64,000 nt of DNA, taken from assembly GCF_009914755.1 (NCBI RefSeq), contig NC_060947.1, one strand, 5' to 3'. The translations under genes and the position numbers were made by a program. The notes beneath the pieces were generated by a model. That model did not search any database, had not been told where the DNA came from, and saw only the letters and a program-made list of their open reading frames with translations. This DNA comes from the human T2T-CHM13v2.0 reference genome, Homo sapiens. Positions 1 through 15,544 of the stretch are shown here, piece after piece. Every line of letters begins with the position of its first letter. The stretch's first letter is position 1.

Positions 1-194
1 AAGGGTGTGTGTGTCTGTGTGCTGTGTGTGTGCACTCTCACTCACCTTCACAATATGTGCAGCCAAACATGGAACCCTTCAGCCAGAGAAATAGTTTCAA
101 CACACTCATTTAGGTAGCGTACTGCATACACAATACAGCAACATCTCATTGTGCAAAACGACCAAAGTTACTGAACAGTCAAATACACTTCAGA

Positions 195-465
195 CATCAA
201 TTGGCTCATTCCATTTACCTGAACCCTCCAGAAGAGGCAAATCCATAGAGACAGAAAGTAGGTTAGTGCTTGCCAGGGGCTGGGGGGAGAAGAGAATGAG
301 GAGTGACTGCGAAATGGGTACAAGATTTCTTTTTGGGGTTGATGACAATGTTCTAACATTAGATAGTAGTGATGGCTGCACAAATCTGAATATACTGAAG
401 ACCACTGACTTGTATACTTAAACGTGTGAATTGTATGATATGTGAATTACATCTTAAGGCTATAA
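195..465 (+). mobile_element. Old L1M (L1MB/MC-like) 3' fragment
   Basis: GGCAAATCCATAGAGACAGAAAGTAG...GGTTGATGACAATGTTCT...GTGAATTGTATG resembles the L1MB 3'UTR. Confidence 0.75.
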
Positions 466-2757
466 AAAAACTGGCTTAACAATGAAAAACCCATGTTTTC
501 TTTCAAGATGTAATGAAAAGTGAAATTACACATATCACCACTACTCATTATTTTATTTTTAGGTTAAAGATTGCAAATACCTTAAAATTTGAGTCTGAAG
601 GGACTTTTATTTCTACAAACCTCATCTATTTTACCAGTAAATTAACTGATCCTGGTTAAGGAACTAATTGTATTAAGAACCAAAGTCCCGACTTAATGGG
701 CCAATGGTCAGAATTTTCCCAACGTTAAATCATTTCAATTAAAACATTCATAAGAGGATGCACGGTAATTAAATACATCTGGAAAAATAAAACCAGTTCA
801 TGGCCCTGTGGTGTATTTACTAAGAGTCTACCAAAGGAAATCAGTATGTTTCCTTTTTTACATGAAGGGAACTTTCTTTTTAATGTAAAAACTAAAACCA
901 AAACCAAGGATACTGCCAGAACCAGTGAAGTATGCACAAATTAACATAAATTGGCAATTGAAATGTGGAGCCAACAATTGTCCAAAACACAAAGTACTTC
1001 CTTAAGAACAGGTCTCTGGCTCGGGCCTTTGCTTCATGAGAACTGCACCCAACTCCACACCTGTTTAAAAATGAAGCCCACCCTACCCCTAAATCAGTCC
1101 AAAGTATTGTGAAAGCTGTTCTGGAGAAGGTCCCCGTGTGATAATTCCACGTACAAATCCAAACGCCTAGCGTTAAATTAAAATAACGATTTCAGAAAAA
1201 GTAGTTGATGCTTTCCTCAATACCACACTTGTTCGTAACTGTAACATCTTTGGTGGCAATTATCACCAAAGTGATCACAGGCTGAGTAGCAGTCATCCTC
1301 TGAGCCTCATTTTGTGTATGAGCCTCATTTAAAACGGAGGTTGAATGGTTTGACTGCTCACATGGGGGACATTAAGAGAAGTAGGAACCTGAGTTACAGG
1401 CCACTCGATTCTGCCCTTTCTAGAAGGATCTTATGCTAGTTCTTGCCTTTTTAGAAAGAAATTTTCCTGTTGGATTTGGTGGGCCTTATCTCCTTTCATA
1501 TTTTGATCACCTAGTAAATTTTTTAAAAATGTAAACCAGAAAATTATTTGAGCTTCCTTTGAAATGCAAAAAAGTGCCCCCTTTACTCCTCACCAAAATT
1601 TTAATCCGTACAAAATTATCGCCCCCCCACACACAATTAATAGCAAAGATAATGTGAAAGAGGGGGATGAATGATTAGGGGAAGCGGAGGAGCGGGCAAG
1701 CAATTCCCAAGCCCTCACCATTAACTCGCAATGGTTAAACCCACTGACGTCCTCGTTAGGAATGCTCTTCACAGTCTTTGTGGCTTGTGGCTGGAGTCTG
1801 TCACTAGAGAAAGATAACGGAGCAGGAGGAGAAAAACCCTTTCCCAAGCACAGCTGTCACACGTTTTCAGGAGTGCTGCGGAATGAGGCTGATTTCCACA
1901 GCACTCTTTACGAGTTTTCCTCCCAATACAGAGTCCCCACTTAAAGACATGTTGCTGACGGCAGCATTTCAGGGTGTTAGGAAGTGACAAAAAGAATCCT
2001 ACAGCCGCCTTACACCAGCCTCGGGCCAGGTTGGAGATTTCAGATTTTAACCCTCCGGAGCTGAGCCTTTTGCCGTTGCTAGTCGTTCCCCCGTTGCATT
2101 GGAACCCGCTCAGCACACCGCCTCCACCTGCACCCGGGCCGCATTTTAATAGTTGGAACAAGGGACAAAGAGGAGAGACTCAGCCTCCGTCCCATGCTGT
2201 CCAGAGTCTCTCCTGTCACTTTCCTGGTTTCAAGGGTCATGGTTTCGAAATGAGCTCCCGGAAGACCCCAGGCTTGGGGAACCGGGTGTTTGTTTCGCGC
2301 GGGCTTAAGGAGAACAGAAGCACGGCGGGGCGGGGCGGGGCAGGACTGGACTGGGAGCTCGGGCGACAGGGAGAGCGTCCCGGGAAACAGGCAAGAAGCG
2401 ACTCTCTACTGGCCCCTTAAAATAAAGCACTAGCCCGGGACGCGCCGTCTGTTCTCTCTGCAACCCCTCCCGGGTACCCAGCTCTTAGGCTCCCGCGAGC
2501 CGCACGTGCGGGGGTGCAGCCTGGCCGCAGCCGGAGCGGGGACCACCCCCCCCACAGGATACAACAGGGAAGCGCACCTGGGCGTTCCGGACACCTGCGC
2601 CGCGCCCCTCCCACCTCCAGCGTCCCGGCTTCGTCGCAGAGGTGGCCGAGGAGGCGCCACCTGAGCGGGGGAGGGGCGGGACCCTCGGAAGGGCGCGCCC
2701 TCCCGGGGCGGGGGCGCGAGACCGTGGCCGTGGCGCGCAGCCAGCGCGCTCGCTTAC

Positions 2758-2761
2758 CCAT
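2758..2761 (-). CDS. GPM6B: Coding part of first exon (ATG+G, phase-1 intron follows); probably GPM6B distal-promoter isoform
   Basis: Minus strand reads CCAGCC-ATG-G|GTAAGC: perfect Kozak plus consensus 5' splice donor inside a CpG island. A first exon ending in ATGG is typical of PLP1/GPM6B. Gene name is from recollection of the locus, not from downstream exons (outside the window). Confidence 0.62.
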
Positions 2762-2962
2762 GGCTGGAGACTGGCGGGAGGGGTGAGGGCTGCGGGGCGT
2801 TCGGGCTCCCCGGGGACGGGCAGAGCCGGTGGCACAAGTTTGCAGGTCTCGCGGGCACGTGCGCTGACCGGGCTTCTGCGGGCTGCGCTGCGCTGCGCGG
2901 GGCTGGCCGCTGGCTCCTAGCTCCCGGCCGGGGTGGGAGCGCGGCGCGGCTCCGCCTGCACT
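2758..2962 (-). other. GPM6B: First exon (GC-rich 5'UTR + ATGG); 5' end approximate
   Basis: Donor at 2757-2752; Inr-like CCAGT on the minus strand near 2962, downstream of the CRE and CCAAT box. Confidence 0.6.
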
Positions 2963-2989
2963 GGGGGCCGGCCGCGCGGAGAGGGGCCC

Positions 2990-2997
2990 TGACGTCA
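2990..2997. promoter_or_regulatory. Full palindromic CRE (TGACGTCA)
   Basis: CTGACGTCAG at 2989-2998, about 30 bp upstream of the inferred minus-strand TSS. Confidence 0.75.
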
Positions 2998-3033
2998 GCG
3001 CCGGGGGCTTTGTGCGCCCGGAGCTAGGGCCCG

Positions 3034-3038
3034 ATTGG
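3034..3038 (-). promoter_or_regulatory. CCAAT box (NF-Y type)
   Basis: ATTGG on plus = CCAAT on minus, about 75 bp upstream of the inferred TSS, the usual position. Confidence 0.55.
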
Positions 3039-3379
3039 GGGCAGCGGGCGCGCGGAGTCTGCAGGCAAAGCTCGCGGCTTCCTCTGGGACCCCCCCGGGC
3101 GAGCGCCGAGGGTCGCGGGAACCGGAAAAGCCAGCGAGGGGGATGGGTAGAGAGGGGAGTGGGCTTCTAGGATCGCGGAGGCGGCGATCCGCGTCCCAGA
3201 TGAAAACTATTATGGCCTGGGGAGGTTGGGGGGAGCGGGGGGCTTTGAGGTCTTAGCCACACCCGTTGTATAGATAAAGAAACTGAGGCCCGGGACACTG
3301 GACCAAGGGCACTTAGTACTTAGCGTTGCCTCAATCCACAGTCTCAGTTCCTTTTGTTCAGATACGAGTCGTTACTTAA

Positions 3380-3533
3380 TTCAGTGGTCTCAACCCTGGC
3401 TGCAGAGGAGAAATCAGCTGGGGAGCTTCTGGAAACCGGATTTCATCATGGCCTCTGCGGGTGGGACCCAGGCATCCGTTCTTTAAAAGCTCCCCAGGTG
3501 ATTCCAATGTGCATCCAAGGTTGCGAAACATTG
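3380..3533. mobile_element. MER5A-like hAT MITE
   Basis: CAGTGGTCTCAAC...AAGCTCCCCAGGTGATTCCAATGTGCA...TTGCGAAACATTG. Confidence 0.75.
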
Positions 3534-5272
3534 ACATAAGTAACTTGTCGGTGGCTAATGACTTAGAAAGACACAGGTAGCACCCTCCAATCTAGAGTGG
3601 TGCCAGATTTGCTGGTGTCCGTTATCACCCCTCTTGATTCCTGGAAGTCCACCCCTGGAAGGCTCTTGGAGACTTTGCAGGCTAGCTCCAGTCAACCATT
3701 TCTCCCGCTGCTCAGGCCTCGCGCTTGAGCCTTTAAGTGAATTAAATGGTTTAACAGTGTCCAGGGCTTAAATTCCTTCTGTCTCCTTAGAGAATTTTCC
3801 TGTCTCCAAAGGTATTAGAAGAGTCATGGGACCCTTGCAGTTTTTGTAGGACTAACGCTCTCTGTGACATTTCTGAGCCTGATGTTCCCCCCTGATATTT
3901 TTTGTTGTGTTCTTTTATTGTTCTGAAAATACATCATGTTATTTGAACAGAGGGTTACATAAACAGTGACAATAGATAGTACACTTTAGGGACATTTAAG
4001 CCAAAAGAGAGGCTTTAGGACTGAGAAAGGATGGAGGAGGCAAACATTTCATCTATTGAAATTTATTGGATTAGGAAAGATTTTATCAAGGCAGAGCTCT
4101 AGAAAGCCTAATAATATTTTACATGAAAGGACAGAGATTTGTGCTAGGCGGATCAGTGGCTCATTTTCACAATCCCACGGGAATAGTCATTTCTAACCAA
4201 TCTTCATGCAGTCATAAAACAACAGGGAGCTCATAGGTATAACTTGTTGTCCTCCTGTTAAGAGGAAGTAATCCATTTGCGCCATTCCTGAGTGCAAGTG
4301 TATGTAGGAATCCAACAATAACAGAGGCTGCCTGTAAGGTAGAGGAAGACAAAGGTGGACTGGGTGAGAGCAATGAGGAATTCATGCTAAGTCCTAGTTG
4401 AGGGAAGGGTGAGTTTGGTCGGTTCCTACATCTTGAGGGTTTCCTAGGAGACCCTGAAAACAACAGAAGGGAACTCAGGCATGACCATCTGAAATAGTAC
4501 TTTGGCAAGACATGACCTTAATGAGCCTCTCTGGAACGAGGAACTCTAAGGTTTTATGTACTGAGATGAAAGTAAACTCCTTGGTCTACTTTCTGTCATT
4601 CCCTAGAAGTCTTACGTTTTTTTTTTTGTTTTTTTTTTTTTGTCTTTTTTTTCCCCAAAGAAAGAACAGCTGTCTAAATATTGGAGCTAGCCACAATGGA
4701 TGCTGTGATAAAAACTGAGTTCTAACAATTGTGTATACAATCAGGGGAAAGCCACATTTTAACAGAAAATTTTCCTCACTTTGTGAGTATCATGGATTGA
4801 TTTCAACAAGCAATTGTCCCTAAAACCCTTAAGAAAAAAAAATAGCATTTGGGAAATTAGTGAAGGCTGCTATAGACGATGCAGATGATGGCTAGTAAGT
4901 ATATTTCATTTCACTATTATTCAAAGAAATGCTATCTTAAAATAATAAACCATTTTTCTCAAGTAACTGAAATCTTTAAAAATTAAAGCAAGATTACACC
5001 TGCAGGTGGGTGAGTCAATTGGTCTAGCCTTTCTGGAAAGCCATTTGGCTGTACTACCAAGAGAATTAAAAATATTCACAGCCTCTGACCTAATAATCCC
5101 TCTTCTGGGACTCTCTCCTAAGTAAATAACAACTGTTTTGATCAAAATTAATGTGAAAGGAGGTTTATTGTAGAGTGAGATGTAATAGCAAAAAAACAAC
5201 AAAACAAAACAAAAAAAGCAACAGTTGCTCAACAGAAGGGAATTAGTTATATAAATGATTGTCGACCTAGTT

Positions 5273-5499
5273 CAGGGGTTCTTGACTGGGAGCAATTTCG
5301 CCCCCAGGAGACATTTAGCAGTGTCTGGAGAGAGTTTTGGTTGTCACAACTGGGGATAGGGTGGGGGGCTTACTGGCATCCAGTGGGTAAGGGTCAGGGA
5401 TGCAGCTCAATGTCCTACAGTGCAGAGGACAGCTCCCCTCCCCACAACAAAGAATGATCTGGCCCCAGATGTCAATAGTGCCGAGGTTGAGAAACCCTG
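5273..5499. mobile_element. MER20 hAT-Charlie MITE
   Basis: CAGGGGTTCT...GGTTGTCACAACTGGGG...AATAGTGCCGAGGTTGAGAAACCCTG with terminal inverted repeats. Confidence 0.88.
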
Positions 5500-5719
5500 A
5501 TCTGTATGATCGGATATCATGTAGCCTTGTTTGCAAAGAATTATGTAGAAAAATGCTCAGAGATGTTTTAAAAGCCAAATAAAAAGCTGAATATACAACA
5601 TAATCCTAGTCATGTTAGTGTATACGTGTGTACGTGTGTGTGTGTCTGTGTGTGTGTATTGAAAAACACAAAGAAAATACACTATGGTAGAGACTATTAC
5701 TTTTTCAACATTTTTTTCT

Positions 5720-6116
5720 ATCTGGCCACACAGCCAGACTCCATTTCCCCTTAACTCCTTAACAGTTAAATGCGGCTACCTGATTGAGTTGTAGCCAAAG
5801 AGGTCAGAAGTGAGGTCCACCACTTCCGGGCTTATCCCTAAAACCTTAAACATATTGCTTCTACATGCCTTCCTCTTCTCCCAGCAGGAATGAGACGTTG
5901 ACCCCTAGGGTGCTTTTGGAAGCCACGGGTTGAAGTTGAAATTGTCTTATCAGCCTAGGTCACTGAATGACTTTGCCTCCGTCCTCCTCCACACACTGAC
6001 AATTTGTAACTGACTTGGACATGTTTGTGACCCAGAAATAAACTGCTATTATGTTTAAGCCATTATGTATTTTGGGAGTTATTTGTTATAACAGCGACCC
6101 AACCCTAACTAATATA
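5720..6116 (+). mobile_element. MLT1-type MaLR LTR
   Basis: 3' end AAATAAAC...TTTAAGCCA...TTTGTTATAACAGC...AACTAATA typical of MLT1. Confidence 0.65.
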
Positions 6117-6299
6117 TCCATATATTCACTTCTACCAAAATATTAACAGGGTTTGTCTCTGGGATGTGAGATTAATAGAATTGTTAGTTTTATTTGTATA
6201 CCTTGTTATGTTTTCCCGGACTTCTATAATGAGCAAGAATTACTTTTATAATGAGGAAAACACAGGCATACCTTACTCCACAGTAGATACAGTCTTCTA

Positions 6300-6670
<371 letters not shown>

Positions 6671-6729
6671 TGAGGTTTAGCAGAACTTCGATACCTCATC
6701 TAGGAGTACAAAATAATTATAAACCATAA

Positions 6730-7049
<320 letters not shown>

Positions 7050-7200
7050 TGTTCCAATCTTTTTTATCCAGCTTTGTTGAAGTATAATTGATAAATTAAA
7101 ATTGTATGTATTTACCATGTATAACGAGATGTTTTGATATGTGTATACATTGTAAAATGATAATCACAATCAAGTTAACATCTATCGCCATATCTAGTTA

Positions 7201-7204
<4 letters not shown>

Positions 7205-7240
<36 letters not shown>

Positions 7241-7241
7241 T
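7205..7241. repeat. (TG)n microsatellite
   Basis: About 18 TG units with one interruption. Confidence 0.95.
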
Positions 7242-7270
7242 CGTGAAAACATTTAAGACCTACTCTCTTA

Positions 7271-7564
7271 GGCCAGGCGCAGTGGCTCACGCCAGTAATC
7301 CCAGCACTTTGGGAAGCCAAGCGGGGGTGGATCACCTGAGTCCAAGAGTTCAAGACCAGCCTGGGCAACATGGCAAAACCCTGTCTCTACAAAAAAAAAA
7401 AAAAAAAAAAAATTAGCCAGGCATGGTGGTGTGCGCCTATAATCCTAGCACCTCAGGAGGCTGAGGCATGAGAATCACTTTAGCTGGGAGGTGGAGGTTG
7501 CAGTAAGCTGAGATTGCACCAGCCTGGGTGACAGAGTGAGACCCTGTCCAAAAACAAACAACAA
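7271..7564 (+). mobile_element. Alu
   Basis: Full Alu with expanded middle A-run; TSD ACCTACTCTCTTA. Confidence 0.95.
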
Positions 7565-7768
7565 CCTACTCTCTTAGCAATTTTCAGGTATACAATACAG
7601 TGATATTAACTATAGTCTTTTGGGGGACATTTACTCACTTGTGTGCCTCACTCCTTCCTGTTTAATAAGCACTCAGGGATCTTGTCTCTCCAGCACAATC
7701 CCTGTATGGGCAGAAACCTGGCTTGATGTTTGATTCTTACAAATCTCTTTACCTCCTGCTTACTCTAG

Positions 7769-8104
<336 letters not shown>

Positions 8105-8309
8105 GGTTTATATCCTTTATAGACTTCTCTCCTGTCTCTCAGCAAGACGGCTACTTTCTCAAGCCAATGGGAGGTCCATGAACTGGTCACCTATGGACAA
8201 AATGAAAAAAGACAGTTCCATTTGTACAACTAAATGAAAATGTTAGCAAACCTTGACAATGTAAAAGTGTAGCTGACACAAAGTGGAACACAGGAGAATA
8301 TGAATGAAA

Positions 8310-8690
8310 AAGCAGCATCACAGATCAGTGGTTGCCAGAGGTTAGTGGGGAGAGAGGGATGAGTAGGCAGAGCACAGAGGATTTTCAGGGCAGTGTAACC
8401 ACTCTGTATGATACTACCGTGGTAGATCCATGTCATTATACATTTGCCAAAACCCTCAGAATATACAACATCAAGAGTGAATCGTGATGTAAACTATGGA
8501 CTTTGGGTGAAGTGATGAGTCAGTGTAGATCCATTCATTGTAACAACTGTCCCACTCTGATGCAGGATATCGATAGTGGGGGAAGGTATGCATGGCAAAG
8601 CAGGGGGTCTCTGAGAACTGTCCGTACACTGCTCAGTTTTACTGTGAATCTAAAACTGCTCTGAAAAACATGAAGTGCATTATAAAAAAA
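8310..8690 (+). mobile_element. Old L1M (L1MC-like) 3' fragment
   Basis: CAGTGGTTGCCAGAGG...ACTCTGTATGATACT...GTAAACTATGGACTTTGGGTGA...TAAAACTGCTCTGAAAA. Confidence 0.75.
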
Positions 8691-9665
8691 GCAACATCGC
8701 TAATATCCTCAGCTTCTCAAGTGGAAGTCAAAAGATACTGTCAAAATTTGATTGAAAATAGAGATTTGGGAGGGGGGCTAATGTAAGTAACATAAATCTT
8801 CATCTTTTATGTCAGGGAGTTAGTAGATACTGTTTAAAGTTGCTAAGTCAAGAAAGAGAGGACTAAGCATATTTTTTAGGCTAGGGCCATTGTTCTCAAC
8901 CCCACTGGATCTGATGTTGCTTATAAACAAACATTTGTAATGCCATTTCTGCGCTCCTTAAATCCAAATCAAAGAAAAAACTCAATATAATTCCTTAACT
9001 ATGAAGGATAACTGAAAATAGTTGCATGCATAGTGTCTATCTTGATGTGTAAGTCCTCAGGTACAATGAGAGTGGAAGATGTAATAAAGTCACCTAACAA
9101 GCAACCTACTTATAGAATCCCCATGAGTGGGACAAAGGCCACCTACAGAGATGTGTTGTTTTGTAATTCAAATACCAAGAGTGACCTTGCCATCAAAGTC
9201 ACAATGTTCCAAAATAGAGAACAACTTGGTAAATTTCCCAGCAAAAGAAAGTGCAATCTTCCCTCAATTTACAAGATAATTGCCTCCCTGGAAAAAAATC
9301 ACCATGTCTTAAAACCACCCCCCAAATATCTCACGTTTATATGTGAGATGGAGATATACTGATAATTAGAAGCAGATTTTTCATCTATATGAATGTCCAG
9401 AGGACAGTAAGCTGGGTGAGAAATGGGAACATGTCTTCATTGTTCAAGACCATGTTGTGCATTGCAGGAGGCCTGTCACCTTGTCCTGGGCCCATTAAAT
9501 GCCAGTAGTTCCCCCACACCCCCTCACCGTGACAACTAAAAACACTTATGCCAAAATCCAAGCTTCCTGACTTCCATGAGTCTAGACTGTGGAAGTTACT
9601 TCCAGAAGAACCAAAACAAGAAATAGTTAAAAGAGATTGTTTCTGGGAGGGAGACCACTGGCTAG

Positions 9666-11013
<1,348 letters not shown>

Positions 11014-11079
11014 AAATAAGGCACCTGAGTCTATTGAATGTTTACTTCTATTCCTTCTGGGCCCCTAAGACCTTATTTC

Positions 11080-11205
11080 CCGACATACCTCATCTGTTAA
11101 ATGGGTATAATCCAATCCTTACCTCGTATTATTGTTGTAGAGATTAAAGGAGATAATATGAGTAAAGCACTTATCATTTGGGACTCAATAAATGGTAGCT
11201 ATTGA
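11080..11205. mobile_element. MIR fragment
   Basis: CCTCATCTGTTAAATGGG...GAGATTAAAGGAGATAAT...AAAGCACTT...CTCAATAAATGGTAGCTATT. Confidence 0.75.
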
Positions 11206-12239
11206 TGCGGATCTTGTTGTTGTTAATGTTATCATTATTATCCCTTCTTTTTACCTTGGGGAGCCAGAGGGGTCCCTGGGGTAGCCAGAAAGCAGCTTTA
11301 GGGCAAAGGCATTCCAAGCTTTTGCAGTAAAGAAAGGGATGAATGTTCCTGGTTTGAAATTTTGTCTCATATTATTTTAGGCAGGGGGTGCCCTCCCTTG
11401 GCTCTGCATCTGCTCTGGAAGGTGGAAAGAAATTGCTGATTTCCATTCTTCTATTATGTAGTGGTTTGTTTGTTTGTCTACTTATTGGTGAGGAGCGGAG
11501 GTCAGGAGGTCTTGAGTAGTAAGTGAGTAGAAAGTAGCCCAAAGTAGCAAGAAGCAACAGGCAATTAACAAAGATAACTTTCTTATGCTGTGGGACTGTC
11601 CATCATTTAATTAGAAAAAAAAAATACTTTGAGTTTAAATACATACCTCTTAAGACCACAAATGCCCCCGAACACTAAAGATCACTCACACCTTGAGTGT
11701 GAATTTAGATGGCTTTGGAAATGCCTACTTGAGATCAGCCTTCCTGAGAGTAGGCAACTTTAATGGAAGAAGGAAAGACGGAAAGTACAAGGGAAATTAT
11801 AGAGCTCTAGGAAGCCTGGGCAGCCCGCGCCCGGCATGGGGACAGCCAGGAAGACCTACAAGGAGGAGCTGCCAGACCTTGGAGAGGAAGCTGACATAAA
11901 GCACCCGATCAACTTCCTTCTCCTACATTTTACTATGTTCAACTTGGGGACGGAAGAGGAGAAAATGCAATTTCTGACTACAAGATGTTTAAGGGGCTAA
12001 TTGTCCTCTGGGATGGGAGAAAACAGGACCTCTGTAACTCTTCTGGGGGCTCTTCCAGTCATCTGCAGGTGACAGAGTGAGGTGTCCTGGCTCTCTGTGC
12101 CCTTGGCTTTCTCCTGAGGATCTTCCTGAGCATCAGGTGAGGACCCTAGATTCCCTCTCACACTTTTCTGGTTATCTTAAGGTGTCTGAATCTTTCCTCG
12201 TGCTCCTTTAATGAAGGAACTGGGTCTTGGAGATATTAG

Positions 12240-12630
<391 letters not shown>

Positions 12631-13393
12631 TAAACTCCGTCTACTCCACCATGTTACTCTCTGTAGAAGATGTTTCCAGATTGTAGGATTGCTGGTCTGG
12701 GCTACAAGGAACAGGTGGAAGCCCTCAGCCAGGGTTACATTCTAGGGCCCACTTTCAGAATCTAGGTCCAGTTTGGCTGCAATTTAGAGAACAGGGAAAA
12801 GGCCTACATGCTGTGATGTATCTTATGGAATTGCAGGCCAGAAGTGAGGAGAATGAAGGCAAAAAAGAAAATAGCAGCATCCCAAGGGCCTCTGGAGTTC
12901 ACAGCTGGTTAAAAGCAGATCCTGCCTTTAAAACACAGGTCATTTCATGATGTCTCCTGCGAGTCAGAGCAATTGGCAAGTGATTTTCCTTTGGTTTTTA
13001 CTGAGCATTTCAATCCCGAAGTCTGGGCTATGTCTACCTCTAAAGCTTGTGTCTTTCATGGGATGTTCTATAGTTTTGCACTGTGGCTATGTTACCCACA
13101 TATGTGAATCTAGAACAGAGTTCACAGCAGTGCATCAGGAACTCGCAATGAATGCCAAAAATTATAGCTAATCTGACAGTGTGTCCTTGTGTTTACAGAT
13201 GATACTGAAAATTGAATCATGCAAAGAGCTCAATAGGTATTGAAATACCCCTTCACCTGTATTAGCTGACAATGATTTCTCTTACTTCTCCTACACTTCC
13301 CAATTGCCTAGTAATAATGAATTTGGTACCCTGTTGGAAAAAAGGAATGTCACTTTGGGCTAGAATTTTGCTATCTCCCCACCCAAGTGATTC

Positions 13394-13689
13394 TTTTTTT
13401 TTTTTTTTGAAACGGAGTCTTGCTCTGTTGTTAGGCTGGAGTGCAGTGGTGCGATCTCGGCTCACTGAAACCTCTGCCTCCCAGGTTCAAGTGATTCTCC
13501 TGCCTCAGCCTCCCAAGTAGCTGGGACTACAGGCACCTGCCACCACACCCAGCTAATTTTTTGTATTTTTTAGTAGAGACAGGGTTTCACCGTGTTAGCC
13601 AGGATGGTCTCGATCTCCTGACCTCGTGATCTGCCCACCTCGGCCTCCCAAAGTGCTGGGATTACAAGCGTGAGCCACTGCACCCGGCC
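13394..13689 (-). mobile_element. Alu (Sc-like)
   Basis: Full Alu; TSD CCCAAGTGATTCTT. Confidence 0.95.
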
Positions 13690-13987
13690 CCCAAGTGATT
13701 CTTAAAAATGTATCAAAGCATCTCTGAGTTAAAGGGAACTTGGTTCATCCAGTCCCATTCTTCACGTTCAGTAATCCCTTGTATCTGTCCATGCCCATTA
13801 GTCATTCAGGTATATTTGAGTACTTTTCATGATGGGGAGCTCAACACTATTATTTCTCAACAACTGTGATTGTTAAAATGTTTTCCATCCTCAGCTACTG
13901 TGTTTTCAACCTCCATCACCTATCCTGGAGGGAGGCTCCTTTTACTCCAAGCTAGGTCAAGCTCCTCTGTTATACAGAGCAAAATGA

Positions 13988-14289
13988 GGCTGGTGCAGTG
14001 ACTCATGCCTGTAATCCCAGCACTTTGGGAGTCTGAGGCAGGTGGATTGCTTGAGGCTGGGAGTTCGAGACCAGCCTGGCCAACATGGTGAAACCCCATC
14101 TCTAATAAAAATACAAAAATTAGCTGGATGTGGTGGTGCACGCCTGTAATCCCAGCTACTCAGGAGGCTGAGATGGGAGAATCACTTGAACCCAGGAGGT
14201 GGAGGCTGCAGCGAGCCGAGATCATGCCACTGCACTTCAGCCTGGGCAACAGAGAGAGACTCTGTCTCCAAACAAGCAAACAAAAAAAT
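13988..14289 (+). mobile_element. Alu (S-like)
   Basis: Full dimeric Alu. Confidence 0.95.
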
Positions 14290-14499
14290 CAAAGTGTCTA
14301 TGATTTTTCAAAACTTTTAATGAAAGTTTAGAAAATCAGCCTCCTGATTGTCCTGCAGTGAACACGGTCTAATTTTATCAAAATTCCTCTTCAAGTGGGG
14401 GGCTCTAGATAAGATGTACATCTCCAGCTGGTTAGGTTGAAACTCTTTCTTCTCTTAAGTTGGTAACACTCTGGTAATACGTATTTTGTTTGTTTGTTT

Positions 14500-15521
<1,022 letters not shown>

Positions 15522-15544
15522 TAAGTGATCTATTTTTTAAGACC

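Larger units (their letters stand above)
2290..3200. promoter_or_regulatory. CpG island / promoter
   Basis: Very high GC and CpG density; GGGCGG arrays (2325-2341, 2705-2716); CACGTG E-boxes at 2503-2508 and 2856-2861. Confidence 0.95.
7065..7615 (-). mobile_element. Old L1M 3' fragment interrupted by (TG)n and an Alu
   Basis: TTTGTTGAAGTATAATTG...ACTCTCTTAGCAATTTTCAGGTATACAATACA is an antisense L1MA-type 3' end. Confidence 0.7.

Noticed and set aside
1301-1330. 12-bp direct repeat TGAGCCTCATTT
   Set aside because: Small slippage duplication in MIR-like intronic sequence with no other support.
1769-3256. Overlapping 70-148 aa ORFs around the CpG island
   Set aside because: GC-rich sequence is poor in stop codons; the peptides are low-complexity R/G/P/A. 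ORF 2417-2761 is just the real ATG read through the splice donor.
8880-9560. Possible old hAT transposon remnant and 109-aa ORF (9033-9362)
   Set aside because: Only a weak TIR-like start and a MER20/MER5-like end; I could not assign a family or a transposase motif by eye.
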